Source: Podospora anserina
Lineage: Eukaryota
Direction: 5' to 3'
Length of the DNA stretch: 64,000 bases
NCBI GenBank assembly: GCA_017654855.1
Contig: JAFMPO010000001.1
Coordinates: forward strand, 1-64,000
Shown: one piece after another, positions 26,479 through 39,071 of the stretch
Position numbering within the stretch: the stretch's first letter is position 1
Layout of the letters: each line of letters begins with the position of its first letter
Notes under the pieces: generated by a model
Databases searched by the model: none
What the model was told of the DNA's origin: nothing
What the model saw: only the letters and a program-made list of their open reading frames with translations
Translations under genes and position numbers: made by a program

Positions 26479-26745
26479 ATGGCGCACAGCTCGTCGGACT
26501 CACGCAAACACTCCAAGTCAGGCTCCTCCAAATCCGGGAGCTCGAGATCCGGTACCGGTCAGCCTGCCGATTATGGTGCCCAGGACAATGGGGGATATTA
26601 TCTCGAGACCTTCTGGAATTGTCACGACTGCGGTGCCGGGACGTACACGTCATCGACGACACCCCAGTGTCTGAACATGCACTGTCAACATATTGCTTGT
26701 GGCTTCTGCCCTACCAGGCAGGAGTGGGTGCATAGAGAGCGTTGA
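26479..26745 (+). CDS. small (88 aa) Cys/His-rich zinc-ribbon-like protein
   Basis: Good ATG context and TATA box. Ser-rich N-terminus, then WNCHDCGAG..QCLNMHCQHIACGFC. Confidence 0.7.
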   Translation: MAHSSSDSRKHSKSGSSKSGSSRSGTGQPADYGAQDNGGYYLETFWNCHDCGAGTYTSSTTPQCLNMHCQHIACGFCPTRQEWVHRER

Positions 26746-29165
26746 ACTTTTTCACTTTTGGAGTTCACCTCTGGAGCATGTCAACTTAATGACTTCACAT
26801 GAGGTTCACATAACCGTCTGCTCTGGTTCAGAAGTTGCATTAAAATCCCCAATCAACACGCAAGCATGGTCAGCAATCAGGGAAGTCAAAAATACAGCAG
26901 ACGGTGGCGGACTAGAGGAAAGCTTTGATACCCCGTTTTTGGTGGTCTTGGGACACACGGTTCACGCATCTTTTGGGACCTCTTCTATGTCATTCCAACC
27001 ACAGGCATGGTTTTTTGGGATAGAAGGAGCATGCATTTAGACAGGGTTTAGGCTTTTTGTTATGGTTGGATGTCTGGTTTTTCTTCCTGTTTTCTTTTCC
27101 CTTACCTTGTTTTTTTTTTGGAGGAGTTTCTTCGGTTTTTTCTCTGCTCTCTTGTCACATCACAGCATCGCCCCGGTTTCTCGTTATCTCCAACTTTTAC
27201 TACGGCTATTTTCCTTTCTGAACCCATCACCACCTTTCTCCTTTTGCTTCACATTTCTCGTCGATACAGATTCCGGTCTATTTTCATCAATTCTTTTTTT
27301 CTACTTTTTCGCTTCCCCGTCTTCTTTTACTTCTGTCGGCTTGTCACCCTTGTCACTTAGCGCAGGCTCTAGTCTTGAATTTGCTATTATTTCTGCTTGA
27401 AACCTTCCCGCTTCGAACCATTGAATCATGGTTGTGATTGATGATGATGATGATGGTTTCCGTACTTTCCAGGCGACAACCACGAAGCTTGCCCTGGCCA
27501 CAGGCTTATCAACTGATGGCTGGATGGAGACGGGAAATTTGTGGACACACAGCATAGCGAAGTTGAATGGCAGAGTGATTGGTGAATTTTGCGGTAATTG
27601 TTGCCGGTGAGGCTGTCGGGATGGGAGAAAATGGCAGGAGGGATGACTTACATTGCGGTGGCGAAGCGTGCGGTCCCGCGTGATTGAGACTCGCACCATC
27701 TACCAAAAGAAAAGGGGCGTTGTGGTGTCTGATCCCAACAGTGAGGCAAGAAGAGACAAAAGTGTTGAGAATGGGGCAAGGGGGCTCAATCATTTTGGGA
27801 CCGAGAAGCAGCGGGATGACGACTGGCCGGTCGACGTCCGGGCCACCACCAGAAAATGAAGAAAGCTACGCCTTCTATCTTTTGGCCCAATTTATTTTCA
27901 CCTCAGGCTTCGCCGGGGCACCATACCGGAAAGCGGTAGTTGGGCTGTTCACCAGTCGTGGTCCTTATGGACAGAAGAGGCTGAATGCGAGGGCTCTTTT
28001 CTTGCCGGAACGGGAAGGAGGGTATACACAGCGGCCACCGTGGAAGTTTCAGATCCGGCATGGGGAGGGTTGGCTTTCAGGCTTCCACGGGATGGGCCGG
28101 TTGCCTTACACAGACCGCTCTTTGGGATTGAAGTCTGACTGAACATGGGAAAAGGCTCTCTAGACGCCGGCGGCAAGGCTTCCAACACGTTTCGGCGTTC
28201 TTCTAAGGCGTCCATCACAATCCTCCGGGAAAAGGAACTCGGGGATGGGCCATTGTTCAAGCGGAACCAAAAGGCAGAAAAGAGCTTGCTGGTCCGGCTT
28301 CTTCTCAGTCTGAATAATAATTCTCGAGTGTAAGTGGAAAGAATGCTTCACGTGGCACATCTGGGGCCATCTTCCGCGACCATGTGCGGCACCCCCGCAA
28401 TACCATGAAAAAGGGCGCAATGTATGAGATCCGGCATCGGATGCCGGGCACAGGAATCAGACATTACGGCTTTCGACATGAGGTGTGATGGGTAATGGGT
28501 CGATCTTTGAGGCTCTTCAAGGCATTCGTGATTGGTCAATTCAAGGAGGTGGGATATGACTGACTGCCCTCCAGCTCCAGCATCAGAATCTGTCAGAAAA
28601 GGGGCTTGTGACGGGTGCTAGGGCAGCAAAACAGACATGACGTTTTCCGCCCGCATGGTTGGCACAAACGGTTCGCGGCCTGGTTTCTCAGTCAGAAAAG
28701 AAGAGAAGTAATTGACCGATCGCCGTCAGTTTGGATGGCAAGGCTCTGTGAGGTGCGCGACCTACTGCGGGTATCATTTCGAGCTGAGCAGCAGTATGGG
28801 TGGGGGTCCAAGAACCCAGCCAGCCGGACCCCTAACAGAATCTGCGGCGCATGACTGCTTTACCTGTTAGTGTTAGAAAGTACCTTCCTTCAACCACCTC
28901 GGCTTATACCTTCTTGGACTAACGCGGGGGTGACCAACCAATATCTTACCTTACAGTAAGGCAACCTCCTGTCTCATATGTGGCTGTCATGATTCCACAT
29001 TGCACCGCCCAAACTAGATCGACCAATATACAGAGTATCACCTGGCCTTGTGTCACCTCTACCACGAGCAGCCCAGATTGTCGGCCGGCCAATACACTCG
29101 CCCACCTGGAAACCACGGCTCCTCCCGGGTTACCTAAAGTGATCGACGAGAGACAGGAAACAAAG

Positions 29166-30782
29166 ATGGCCACCAATCTGACCTTACCCACCCCACCATT
29201 CATCCACGCCCCTGGGATTGAGAATCTTCGAGACGCCGGCGGTTACCCAGTCGAGAGCCAGAACGGCAAAGCTGTCCGCAGGGGAATCCTCTTCAGGGCC
29301 GCTGACCCAACGCACCTCGACGAAGAAGGGGTGGCTATCCTCCAACGCTTGGGAATCACACATATTTTCGACCTCCGTTCTCTGGTTGAGCTGGCTAAGG
29401 GGAGGGAGCAGCCTAGGGAATGGGAGGGCGCCCGCAGGGTACCCACGCCTGTGTTCCTTGACAAGGACTACAGCCCTGAGGCTCTTGCGCTTCGGCTCCG
29501 AAACTACAGTGTCGGTACAGAGGTCAGTCAATGTTACGATGCTGCCCACTTCACTGCCAATGGAGGGCTTTTCTTTTCCCCTCTCCTTCCATTACCGGCG
29601 ATCCAGGCACGAGCTGGGCAACCTTAGACAGTTATGTAACGCAATTAAGGCTAGCTAACCGCCATGGCGGGCAACCAGGGGGCACAGGGTGGACATCTAC
29701 ACGTGCAGCCATGCGAAGCCGTTGGAAGTCCTACCCTGAGAGCGCCCTCAGCGTCACTTTATTCCCCGTTGCGCATGCTGTGTGGCACACCAGCAGCGAT
29801 CTCGATGTGGTGTGCCACGCGAGCGGCTCTTCTGGAAAATCAGACTGACTAACATCTGAGTGGGCGCGCAGGGTTTTGTGAGGGCTTATGCCTCAATCTT
29901 GTCTGGGGCCATCAGCCCAGACAACGCTTACCGGCCCTTCCAGACTATTCTTGAACACCTTGCCTCAGACCCAAACCCTCCAACACCGATACTGATCCAC
30001 TGCAGCGCCGGGAAAGACAGTAAGTCATCTTTACATGTGGCACCAAGGCCCACGCCCAACCACTTGGCCCTCTAGAGGCTGTTTCATTGATGCCGCAGCA
30101 TGCCGTTGCCCGTCGTACTGTTGATGTTCAACCCCCGCGGCTGATGACAAGCGCCAACCCTGTCCTTTTTGCTTTTCTTGGTGTGTCATGTCACGCCTTC
30201 TCTCATTCTAGCCTCATGCCCCCCCCCCCCCTTCTTTCCTCCTTGCGTTGGGGGCAGTTGCCCTCAGCTTTCGTACCTCACCCCGCCACCACATGTTTAC
30301 TCTTTCAGCAGTCTTGCGTCCCCTCTTCTACCCACCTCGAACCCCTATCCACCTGAGCCTACCCGCCCGCATCCACTAACACCCTCCCAGGAACCGGCGT
30401 GATCGTCGCCCTTGTCCTTGCTCTCTGCGGCGTCTCCGACAACGTGATCGCCCACGAGTACTCCCTCACCGAATTGGGACTCGCCCGCCTCAAGGAGCCC
30501 ATAGTGGAAAGACTCACCGCACCGGGGGCGCCCCACGAGGGCAACAGAGCCGCGGCCGAGGTTCAGATTGGAGCGCGGAAAGAGTACATGCTGGCCACCC
30601 TAAGGTATATCAGACAGAAGTATGGAAGCGTGGAAGAGTACTTGCTCGAACGTATGGGGCTGAGCCAGGAGACCCTGGACAAGATCAAGAAGAACCTGGT
30701 CGTCGACCTGGCGGAGGGAGAGGAAACGGTGCCGTGGGAAGGGAATGATGAGTTGGTTTCTGCCCAGATTGCTCATCTTTGA
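29166..30782 (+). CDS. tyrosine/dual-specificity phosphatase, Y_phosphatase3 (PtpB/IphP-like); exons 29166-29522, 29872-30019, 30391-30782
   Basis: ENLRDAGGY, RRGILFRAAD, IFDLRS, spliced active site HCSAGKDRTG, IAHEYSLT, YGSVEEYL. Confidence 0.92.
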
Positions 30783-31031
30783 CACGTTTCAATCCTGGAT
30801 AGGCGCAAAGTTCTAGGTAGACAGTAGACGACAGATCAAGACAAGACAATAGACTGGATGGTGTTTTTTTTTTGTTTTGTGCACGGGGGTTGGATTCCTC
30901 AATCTGCATCTCTATAACATGATATCAGGATGCCTGTTGTTCCTTTTCCACCCCTTAAACTCAAAATAATGTACAAGTGGCTTGCTGTCTTGCTTGCTCT
31001 CTCTGTCTCTTACAGCTTCCAAAACAAAGAT

Positions 31032-32314
31032 TTAACCAACGCTAGTAGGAATCTTGTACAGACCCCTCTGCCGATCATTGAACGGGACACCATACCTCCA
31101 ACCAACGGCTCCCCTCGCCCGGCCCTTCTTGCCAACAGCCTCCGAGTTGATTTTTTCAATCCGGAACTCGAACCTTTCGGTGTCGACCTTGCTCTTCCTG
31201 GCGTCCCTTTTGTCCGCCACGTATTTTTCCTTTTCGGCAAACTCTCTCTCGCTCTGGCGGGTCCTGGCCAAAAAGTCCTTCTCGGCCTGGGCCTGTGGCA
31301 CGTCGTTGAGGATGTCCCTCTCCATCTTGACGAGCTCGGGGATGCGCATCTTGTGGTCGGGGGGCAGGATGTGGTCGCCAAAGGCCTTGGCGGCGTCCTT
31401 GCGGGTGAACTCGCGGGACTCGGAGACGGGGACGAAGAGCTGCTGCATGGTGAAGGAGTGGACGTGGACGTCGTTGATGGGCTCGAATGGTTGTTCATCG
31501 CCGGTGAGGTTGGAGCGGGGGAGCATTTTTTCTACGGCGAGGGCGTAGGGGATGGCCATGGGGGCGTTCTAACCAGTGTTAGTGGGTGATTCATGGGTTG
31601 GGGAAGCGGGGAGGTATGAGGGGGAGGGCATTGTTTTTTTTTTCATTTTTTTTTTTTCAGGATTAACAAAAGTTTTTAACCACGGTTTTGTCTTCAAGAC
31701 TAATCGAATATTTTTTTGTAGAATCATCATGGTAAAAAAAAAAAAAAAAAAATTACTCTCCTCCTTCCTGGTCTGTTAACAGGAGAATAAAAAGAACATA
31801 CCTCTTTCTCCATCCTCTTCTCAATCTCCATCAGCCTGACCACGGCCGCCACTCTCCTCACGTCAACCTGGTACTGCGCCGATACAGCCTTGAGCGGCAT
31901 CCCCTTGAGCATCACCGCCTCCCAGATAATCTGTCTCGCCCTGCTCGACAGCACCGGCTCACTTCTGAACATCTTGTTGCTCGGAAACGGAACATCGTCG
32001 GCGCCCATCGACTTGACCGAGCTCAAATACATGGGCCCATTACCCACGTGCTTCTCGAACTGCTTGCCCGCGTGTTTGAGGAATTGCCTGAACTCGCGTT
32101 GGGGCTTGGTCATCTCACGGGGCTGCGATGTGGAAAAGCATCGTTGTGGGGCCGCCGCCGACTGTTGTTGGGGACGACATGGTGAGGGGGTTGACGACGA
32201 AGCGACCGCCGCTGGCCTGTGGACGGGGAGGAGGGAGGATGGGAGGGGGGCGTCGAGGTAGTTGAGCAGCAACTGCTGGGGAGGACAGTTGCTGTTTCGT
32301 ATCCGAGGCGGCAT
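31032..32314 (-). CDS. MRPS35: mitochondrial small ribosomal subunit protein mS45 (Bot1/MRPS35); intron 31801-31569
   Basis: Presequence-like N-terminus (RCFSTS), PFPSNKMFRSEPVLS, VDVRRVAAVVRL, FVPVSESREFTRKDAA, VGWRYGVP. Confidence 0.9.
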
Positions 32315-32744
32315 GGCGAAAGGAAGAAAAGGGAAAGAAGAAAAAAAGTTGCGGTTGCGCCCGAGGTGGTGGGAGGCGGGAGGTGGTTTGAGCTCAAAAT
32401 TGGAATTGCGATTTTTTCTCGGCTCTCGGAGCCCAGTGATGCGGGCCCACCTAGGCTCTCAGGAAGGGAGCTTGGGCCATTTGTTCCGACTAGCACTTAC
32501 CGTGGTTAGGGTCGGAGCAGACCAACTTTCCGAGGTTGACCTCCTGAACGACTTGGTCCCGAAACGCATGACGCAAAATAAAACTCTCAAGTTCTGATTT
32601 GATATATCTCCTGCGCTGTGGTATCATACTGGTATTATTCCCGCCACCTGTAAATATCCCATATTAGGCCAGCGCCCTGTTGACCATTGTGGTGTACGAT
32701 GGTTGGCTTCGACACCCTCATTGTCATTATAACCTCTTTGGAAC

Positions 32745-35491
32745 CTAACCATTGGTAACCGCCTTCTCCTCCGACTTTTCCTTCTTTTTAGCCCACCTCT
32801 TGGCTGCCTCATTCTCCGAGTTGGCCGCTGAATTCTTCCACTTTCTCCAGCCGTCAAAGTCGATCAGACTGATCATACACCCCCACTCCTTCAGCTTGTT
32901 TTGAAGCCACACATAACTGACGGGCTGGATTTGTTCAGTCAGCAATTCCAGGATCTTTCGAGGTTACCAAAGTCTCGATTACTCACCTTTGTTAGGAAAT
33001 CGTTGCAACCAGCCGCCAAAGCTTCGTGCCGATCACTCTGCAACGAGCTGGCCGTCAAAGCCACGATAATCACCGGACTCTTGAACATGGCCCTATTAGG
33101 AAGGATATCCTCCTCTGCATTTCCCTCTGCCTTTTCATTGGACTTCGTCGTTCCGTTCGTTTCGGGCTCCTTCTCCGAGGCTGTCGTGGCCTCCTCGGCT
33201 TTGGTTTTCTCATCGTTTTTATTGCCGGCGTTCTTTCTACTGACGGTCCCGGTGGGCATGGATGAAAAAGCACCGATCGAGTTGACCCTCTCCAAACGCC
33301 GAATCTCCCTCGTGGCCTCCAGGCCGCTCATGATGGGGAGCTGAATATCCATGAGCACAAGATGAAAGCCACCTTTTCTCCACTTGGTCACGGCCTCACT
33401 ACCGTCCATAGCGGTCTGCCACCGCACCTTGAGCCGCTTCACAAACGCTTCGAGCAGCCGAAGATTGATAATGTTATCTTCGACAATCAGAACGTTGATG
33501 GGTGGCACCCCGTCATTGAGCATGATTCCAGCCGGCAGAGAAGGCGTGTCGGTAGCCTTCTTCTTTTTCGGCCGCGCGACGGCCGAAATTCTGGGAGACG
33601 CTGCCCTGGGTGGTGGTGTGGCTGCTGGTGCTGGTGCTGGTGCTGGTGCTGGTGCTGGTGCTGGTGCTGGTGCTGATGTTGGTGCTGGCGCTGGTGCTGG
33701 TGCTGGTGCTGGAGGGACTGGAGGTGTCGCTGCGGGGACAGGTGGCGTGGGCAGCGGTGGAGGAACTGGTGCCGTCGCGGTGGTGAGAGGGAGGGTTCCG
33801 CCACCCGATTGGTCTGAAGAAGCATTGGAATGAGTCCTAGTACGTGGAATTTTGGCATGTGGTAGCGTACCGTGGGGTGCGGCAGCAGCGATGGCGGCAG
33901 CGTGGCCGCCGGCGCCGATAACATTAAGAATTGTTGGCGACGAAGTGTGCTGTCTCCCTAGTCGTGGCCGGTCTGGCCTCTCTTTGTACGTCCTAGACCA
34001 AGTGCCTCCGGGAGAGGGAATGGGAGGCACCTGTCCCGTATTGACCACCGACATGGAATGCGCGTGTATGGTCCCGTTCGTGACTGGGGCGGCTAGGGTA
34101 ACTGGAACCTGCCCAACAGCTCCGGGGCCGAAGTAGTCTGTGCCGGATTCTGCCGGTCGGTTGTCGTCAAAGAAGGCGGATGTCAAATGCTGTGCGTGTG
34201 GGGGTCCTGTACGAGGGGAGGCTCTCGGCGTCCGACGTTGGGGGATCGGGACGTCAATGACGAGGGCCTCGTCAACTGACTGCCCACCAGGAAAGTACGC
34301 ATCCAGAGTGCGTGCCATGTGTTCTTCAGGTCCCAAATTGCGTTCCTGCCGTTGGGGTTCCCGCGGGATGATCCTCAGAGCCAAATCGGGAGCATCGAAC
34401 TGGCGACCTAGTGAGTTGGCATACTTTCTCAAGATCATGTCTCGCACGTCGTCCACCAAGTCGTCCTCGTTGATCGTCACCATGGTGGCTGACCCTCCCG
34501 GCCGCCTCACCCAGATCTTGCGCGTCACCATGGTTGCACCGAATGGCAACAATTGTTCGTTAGCGGCGGCGAGGTCGAGGTCATCGGCATGAGTTGTGCT
34601 TAGAAGCGTGCGTATGAGTGTGTTCTGGCGGCTCGGCAGCGAGCTTTGTCGTCCCTGCGAGGGCGCTGACCTGACAGCGGGTCGTCGCTGCGCTTGCGAA
34701 GCCGAATTCGCCAACTCGCCTGTTTGTTGTGATGTGGCTGTCGCCAGGTCAATCGGGTCGGAGGTGGTGGGTTTGGAGGTGGTGTAGTACGCCGAGGTAG
34801 GCCTACTCTCGTCGTCGGCGGTGCTCTCGTTGATGCTGGAAAGGGCTGAGAGTCGACTGGCGGTCGAAATGCGTCGGTCGCTGTCGCTGACGTCGTGAGT
34901 GTGGTCGGTGTCGGCAAGAGAATCCAGGGTGGCGGCAGGGGTCAGCAGGATAGGCATCGCTTGGATGGTCCGTGGGGAGGAATCGTTAGTGGAATTCTTA
35001 GCCGTGTTCCCGCCTGTGAATCCACTGCCCGCGGCTCTTCTGGTTCTGGCGGCGCGCAGTGGGGAGGTCGCCGGAGAAGCCGCTGGAGAAGCAGCAGCGA
35101 CAGTAGTATCAACAACAGCACGAGCATCGCTAACGTCGGTGGATGTTTTTGTGTCTTCTTCTGTCTCTTGTTTTCCTGGTTCGCCGTGTCTCAGGAGCTG
35201 CTTGTCTCTCACTTGTGTTTCCTCGATGCCGGCTGCTGGCACGGACAGGCCGGTTTGTAGCCCGCTTCCCCCGTGACTGCTGTCCTCGTGGCCGTGGTCA
35301 GCAGCCGCCGCAGCGGGGGAAGCGGGAGGCTGTTCAAAGCCCTTGGCCGTGCATTCCGACTCGGGGCGGCTCTCGCTCTTGTTGCTGCTGTTGCTCTTGT
35401 TGCTTTTGGTGCTCTGGTCCGAGACGAGCGATGGGACGCCCGAGTGTCGTCGTGGGAACTTGGCGCGTAGTTTGGCCCTGAGGTCCCCCAT
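32745..35491 (-). CDS. SSK1: Ssk1/RRG-1-type response regulator of the HOG pathway; intron 32986-32925
   Basis: RKIWVRRPGGSATMV..DDLVDDVRDMILRKY; receiver domain PPINVLIVEDNIIN..LVLMDIQLP..IVALTASS..NDFLTK|PV..EWGCM. An upstream in-frame ATG at 35710 is also possible. Confidence 0.95.
33624..33710. repeat. coding hexanucleotide repeat (GCTGGT)n encoding a (PA)n linker in Ssk1
   Basis: Read directly. Confidence 0.9.
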
Positions 35492-36237
35492 AGAGCCCAG
35501 AAACCGTGCCCGAGACACTGTCGTGCTGCGCCGAGTTGTCCTATGCCTCTGGTGGAGGTGCCGGTGCAGCAGCGGTGTGGTTCTGCCTCGTCGGGGCTTT
35601 TTGTTTGTGGTGTTTGGCACGATGCTCAGTCTGGCAGGGGAGACACGGGGGAAACATTTGGCAAGGGTAAGGTAATATGGTATTTGATGCTGCTCATGCT
35701 CGTGCTGCATGTTTCGCTCAACAAGAGAGAGAGCGCTCCGAGCTTGCTGGCCTGGGGTTGGACGCTGCGGGCACCACCACACGCGGGACAGGGGGGTGGA
35801 AAGCACACGGGGGGCAGAGCTGCCAGCGCGTTCGCGGTTCAACTGTCAAATTCGATAACAGAAGTCTTGGCAGCGACCGATCCCCTCTGGAATTCCAGAT
35901 CGACTGCAGCCGAACTCCACGAAAACGTTGCCGCTAGCCAATCACAAGCCCGACCGTTCAACCACCACGAGAAAGGGAATGCTACTGCATATTATTACGC
36001 TTGTTTTGGATGCACACACAGTAACCCTCTGCCTGCTAGAGCCTGTGTGACCCCGATGAAACAGCTGATCACCATGCGCTGTTTTGGGAAACCTTCAGAG
36101 CCCAAGACAAAGGAGGATGAAGCCAACAATTGAACAAAGACAACAATGTCCCTCAAAAATGAGGTGCCGACACAAGAGCACCTCGAGACGTCTCCAATCG
36201 TTGGCCTATCTCGATCTGCGGTTCCAATGGTTTCAAC

Positions 36238-38152
36238 ATGGCAATACCTGACAACCTTCGGTTTGCTCTCATCTGCCCGCCCCGCAAACTCGAGGCAGAC
36301 AAGACAAAAGAAACGGCCCTCATCTTCGACAAATTTGTCTTCTACTTTGCTGACTATGACCGACGTCAAGGGATGTGGCTGGCGGTGGATCGCCCGGCCC
36401 GGCCTGACATCAAACCCTGGAACCAGGACTGGAATCCGGCTACGTACGAAGCGATGTGGAAGGAACTTGTCGACAAGTGGCTCGTGAACTGGACTGACGA
36501 ACTCCCACCCACACCCGCACAAGACATTCTCTTGGTCGACTGGCAAGAATCGGTACCGTATGTCAATAACCTCGTCGACGAGCACACGGTGGATCAATAT
36601 AGGCGGTTGATAAAACGCGAGCTGGGGATCCGGCATTACTGCCTCTACCCAACACTGAGAGCGACGAATTTCTTGGATGAAAAGGCAAAGAGATACAAGA
36701 CTTCGGAGCTGCTTGAACTCGAGAGGAAGGGCCCCAATCTCGACCTGGTCTCTTTCCGGGACAAGAACAAGCCAGAAAGCGAGAAGGCCTTTTTCAAATA
36801 TGCTGCACTGCCTCGCGATGACTTCAACAACATGCTAGAGCATTTTGTGCTCCACAAGTTGTTCAGCTCACCATCAACCCGCCAACTCTTTGACCTTTAC
36901 AAGCACCCCGTGATGGATGACACGGGTAAGGTTGTTGTCGGGTTCCTCACCGAATACTGCTCAGGAAAATCGTTAAAGGATAACGTCAGCGGCATCTTCA
37001 AGCTCGCCCACCTCCAGCAGCTCATCCGTGCGGTTGGCTTTTTAAATCAAAATCTCCATGTTTGGCACAACCGGATCAGTTACGAAAACATCATAATCGA
37101 TCCACAGAAGGATAAGCCCAAGATCACAGAGCTTGGGAGCATAACGCCCTACAACAACAAGCTTCCCGCGGATGTCCTCCTCAAGGACGTGTATGCTCTC
37201 GTCCGCGCAATTCATGCACATGTCGTCCGAACGCCAGAAGAGATTGAGCAGTTTGACCCCAAATTGATGAAGTCAGGGGACAGATGGGATGTTGACCCCA
37301 GGGTCAGGCTCGGTGACGATTTCGGGGCTTCGCACCCTGCTGAGGTGTGTTTTAATTTGTGAGTTTGCACTTTCAAGACACCGGCTGCAATCGATACTCA
37401 CAACAAAATCAATGGCACACAGCCTCACACAACAGAGGCAAGGTTTACCTGATGTCTGGCAGCCATCCCCACTGCGCGAAGCAGAGATGCCTAACATCAC
37501 GAGGGAGTTCGCTCCCCGACCCGGGGAATTACCAAAGCCCAACGACCTAGCTAGCTACTGGCTCCGCGACCCGGAAGATAAGGCTTTCCAACATGACCCC
37601 CTTCCCAAGTGGGTCCGCACACCGCACATGAAACTTGTTGAACTGCAGCTCGCCAACGGGGAGAGACCCGCCGAAGAGCTGCTCAAAGAGATTGAACCAC
37701 CCCTCATACCACTAGCCAACACTGTAGAAATGATTCAGTTTGTCGCAAGGGTTCAACATAGTGTCAACCTCGGCACGCCCGTCAGCGAACGCGTTATTAA
37801 GAAAGTGGAGGAGATAGCGAACACGCCCGGGATTCGGATACCGCCGTTGAACCTCCCCAGCCGGAAGAGACCCCGTAGGGAAAGTGACGTTGGTAACGAA
37901 GAAAAATGGATCTCTTCTCGGCGGGAGAAACAAGCGCTGAATCAGCTCATGAAGGAGCTGAGGGAGGCTACAGATCTGGCACAGAAGGCCGGAGAGGAAG
38001 CGGAGGAGGCTGCGAAGGAGGCAAAGGAGGCGACCGACCAACTTACAGGGCTCAAAACGATGATTGAAGCTGCTAGGAAGGTTACGGCGACATCCTTGCA
38101 TGTGACTGGGCCGTTGCCGAGGCCACAACCGGGTGTTGCGTGGCAGATATAG
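36238..38152 (+). CDS. divergent protein-kinase-like protein (probable pseudokinase) with C-terminal coiled coil; intron 37359-37422
   Basis: FFKY, VVGFLTEYCSGKSL, FKLAHLQQLIRAVGFLN, WHNRISYENIII, KITELG. The gtgagt..cag intron joins the two ORFs in frame. Confidence 0.75.
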
Positions 38153-39071
38153 TCGGGCTGAGCGAGGGTTCTTTTTGTACTAGAGGGCAATGTGTGGAAG
38201 CTATTTTTGGATGAGTTGTTGATATGAATTCTATGGGTTTAATCAATGGGCTTGAAGAAAAAAAACTTAAAAACTTGAAGCACGTCTATGTGCCGACAGT
38301 GAACACGTGTGAGGCAATTCAGGGGGTCAGGTGTGTCCTCGGCACGCCGCCAGGTGGTACCTCATCCTCTATTCGCAATCTTGTCGAGCAATTCTCACTG
38401 AGTATTCCGTCTCTCAAACTACCTTATCCTAACAGCTTCATCACTCCCGATCAAGTGGTCTTGTTTCGTTCTTTCTTCAATTGTACCTCAAGAGGAAGAA
38501 GGACGCTCGCTGTGTTTGAACCTGGCATTGCCGCCGGGACATTTTGCTGTCAACAATGGTTGAATTGGCCGTGGAGGTACTTAGCTGTGGCCGACATCGA
38601 TAGGTGTAGATAAGGGTGCTGGAGCAAACCCTGTTTCGTCAAGTTTGAGGACCCGACATGGTTGGAAGGTTTTCAAAAAGTGTTGGGTAAAAGTTGGCGG
38701 GTTTGAGAATCCAAAAGCGCGATTGAAGACAGAATTGAAGACAGAATTAAAGTTGGTTTGCCAGACAGCAATAAAGTGTCTCCCCATCAAGGCTTTTGAA
38801 ATTAACCGAACTTGACACCGAAATTTGTCTTGAACACAGGGAATGAAACTGCTTCAACAATGCCCTGAAGATAACTAGAATCTTGCAGACACTGGTTTTG
38901 CAATGCCAATCTGACACTTTTTGCAAGTTTCCAGTATATGATTGACCTACACTGAGACAGCTGGAACCCAAAGTCGTCTCTGAAAACATGAAAAAGTTCA
39001 AATTATTGGTATCTAGTGGTATCATTTGTCCGAATCCTCACAACAAAACATCCAAACCCATGAAACACCCA

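Noticed and set aside
27949-28333. Overlapping short ORFs upstream of the phosphatase
   Set aside because: No domain or splice support
30020-30390. Box C/D snoRNA in phosphatase intron 2
   Set aside because: TGATGA and CTGA occur, but spacing, terminal stem and guide sequence are unconvincing
30930-31589. 219-aa plus-strand ORF
   Set aside because: Antisense shadow of MRPS35 exon 2
38224-39025. AT-richer stretch with a 12-bp tandem duplication (ATTGAAGACAGA) as a gene relic
   Set aside because: Multiple stops, no recognisable family and no clear RIP signature
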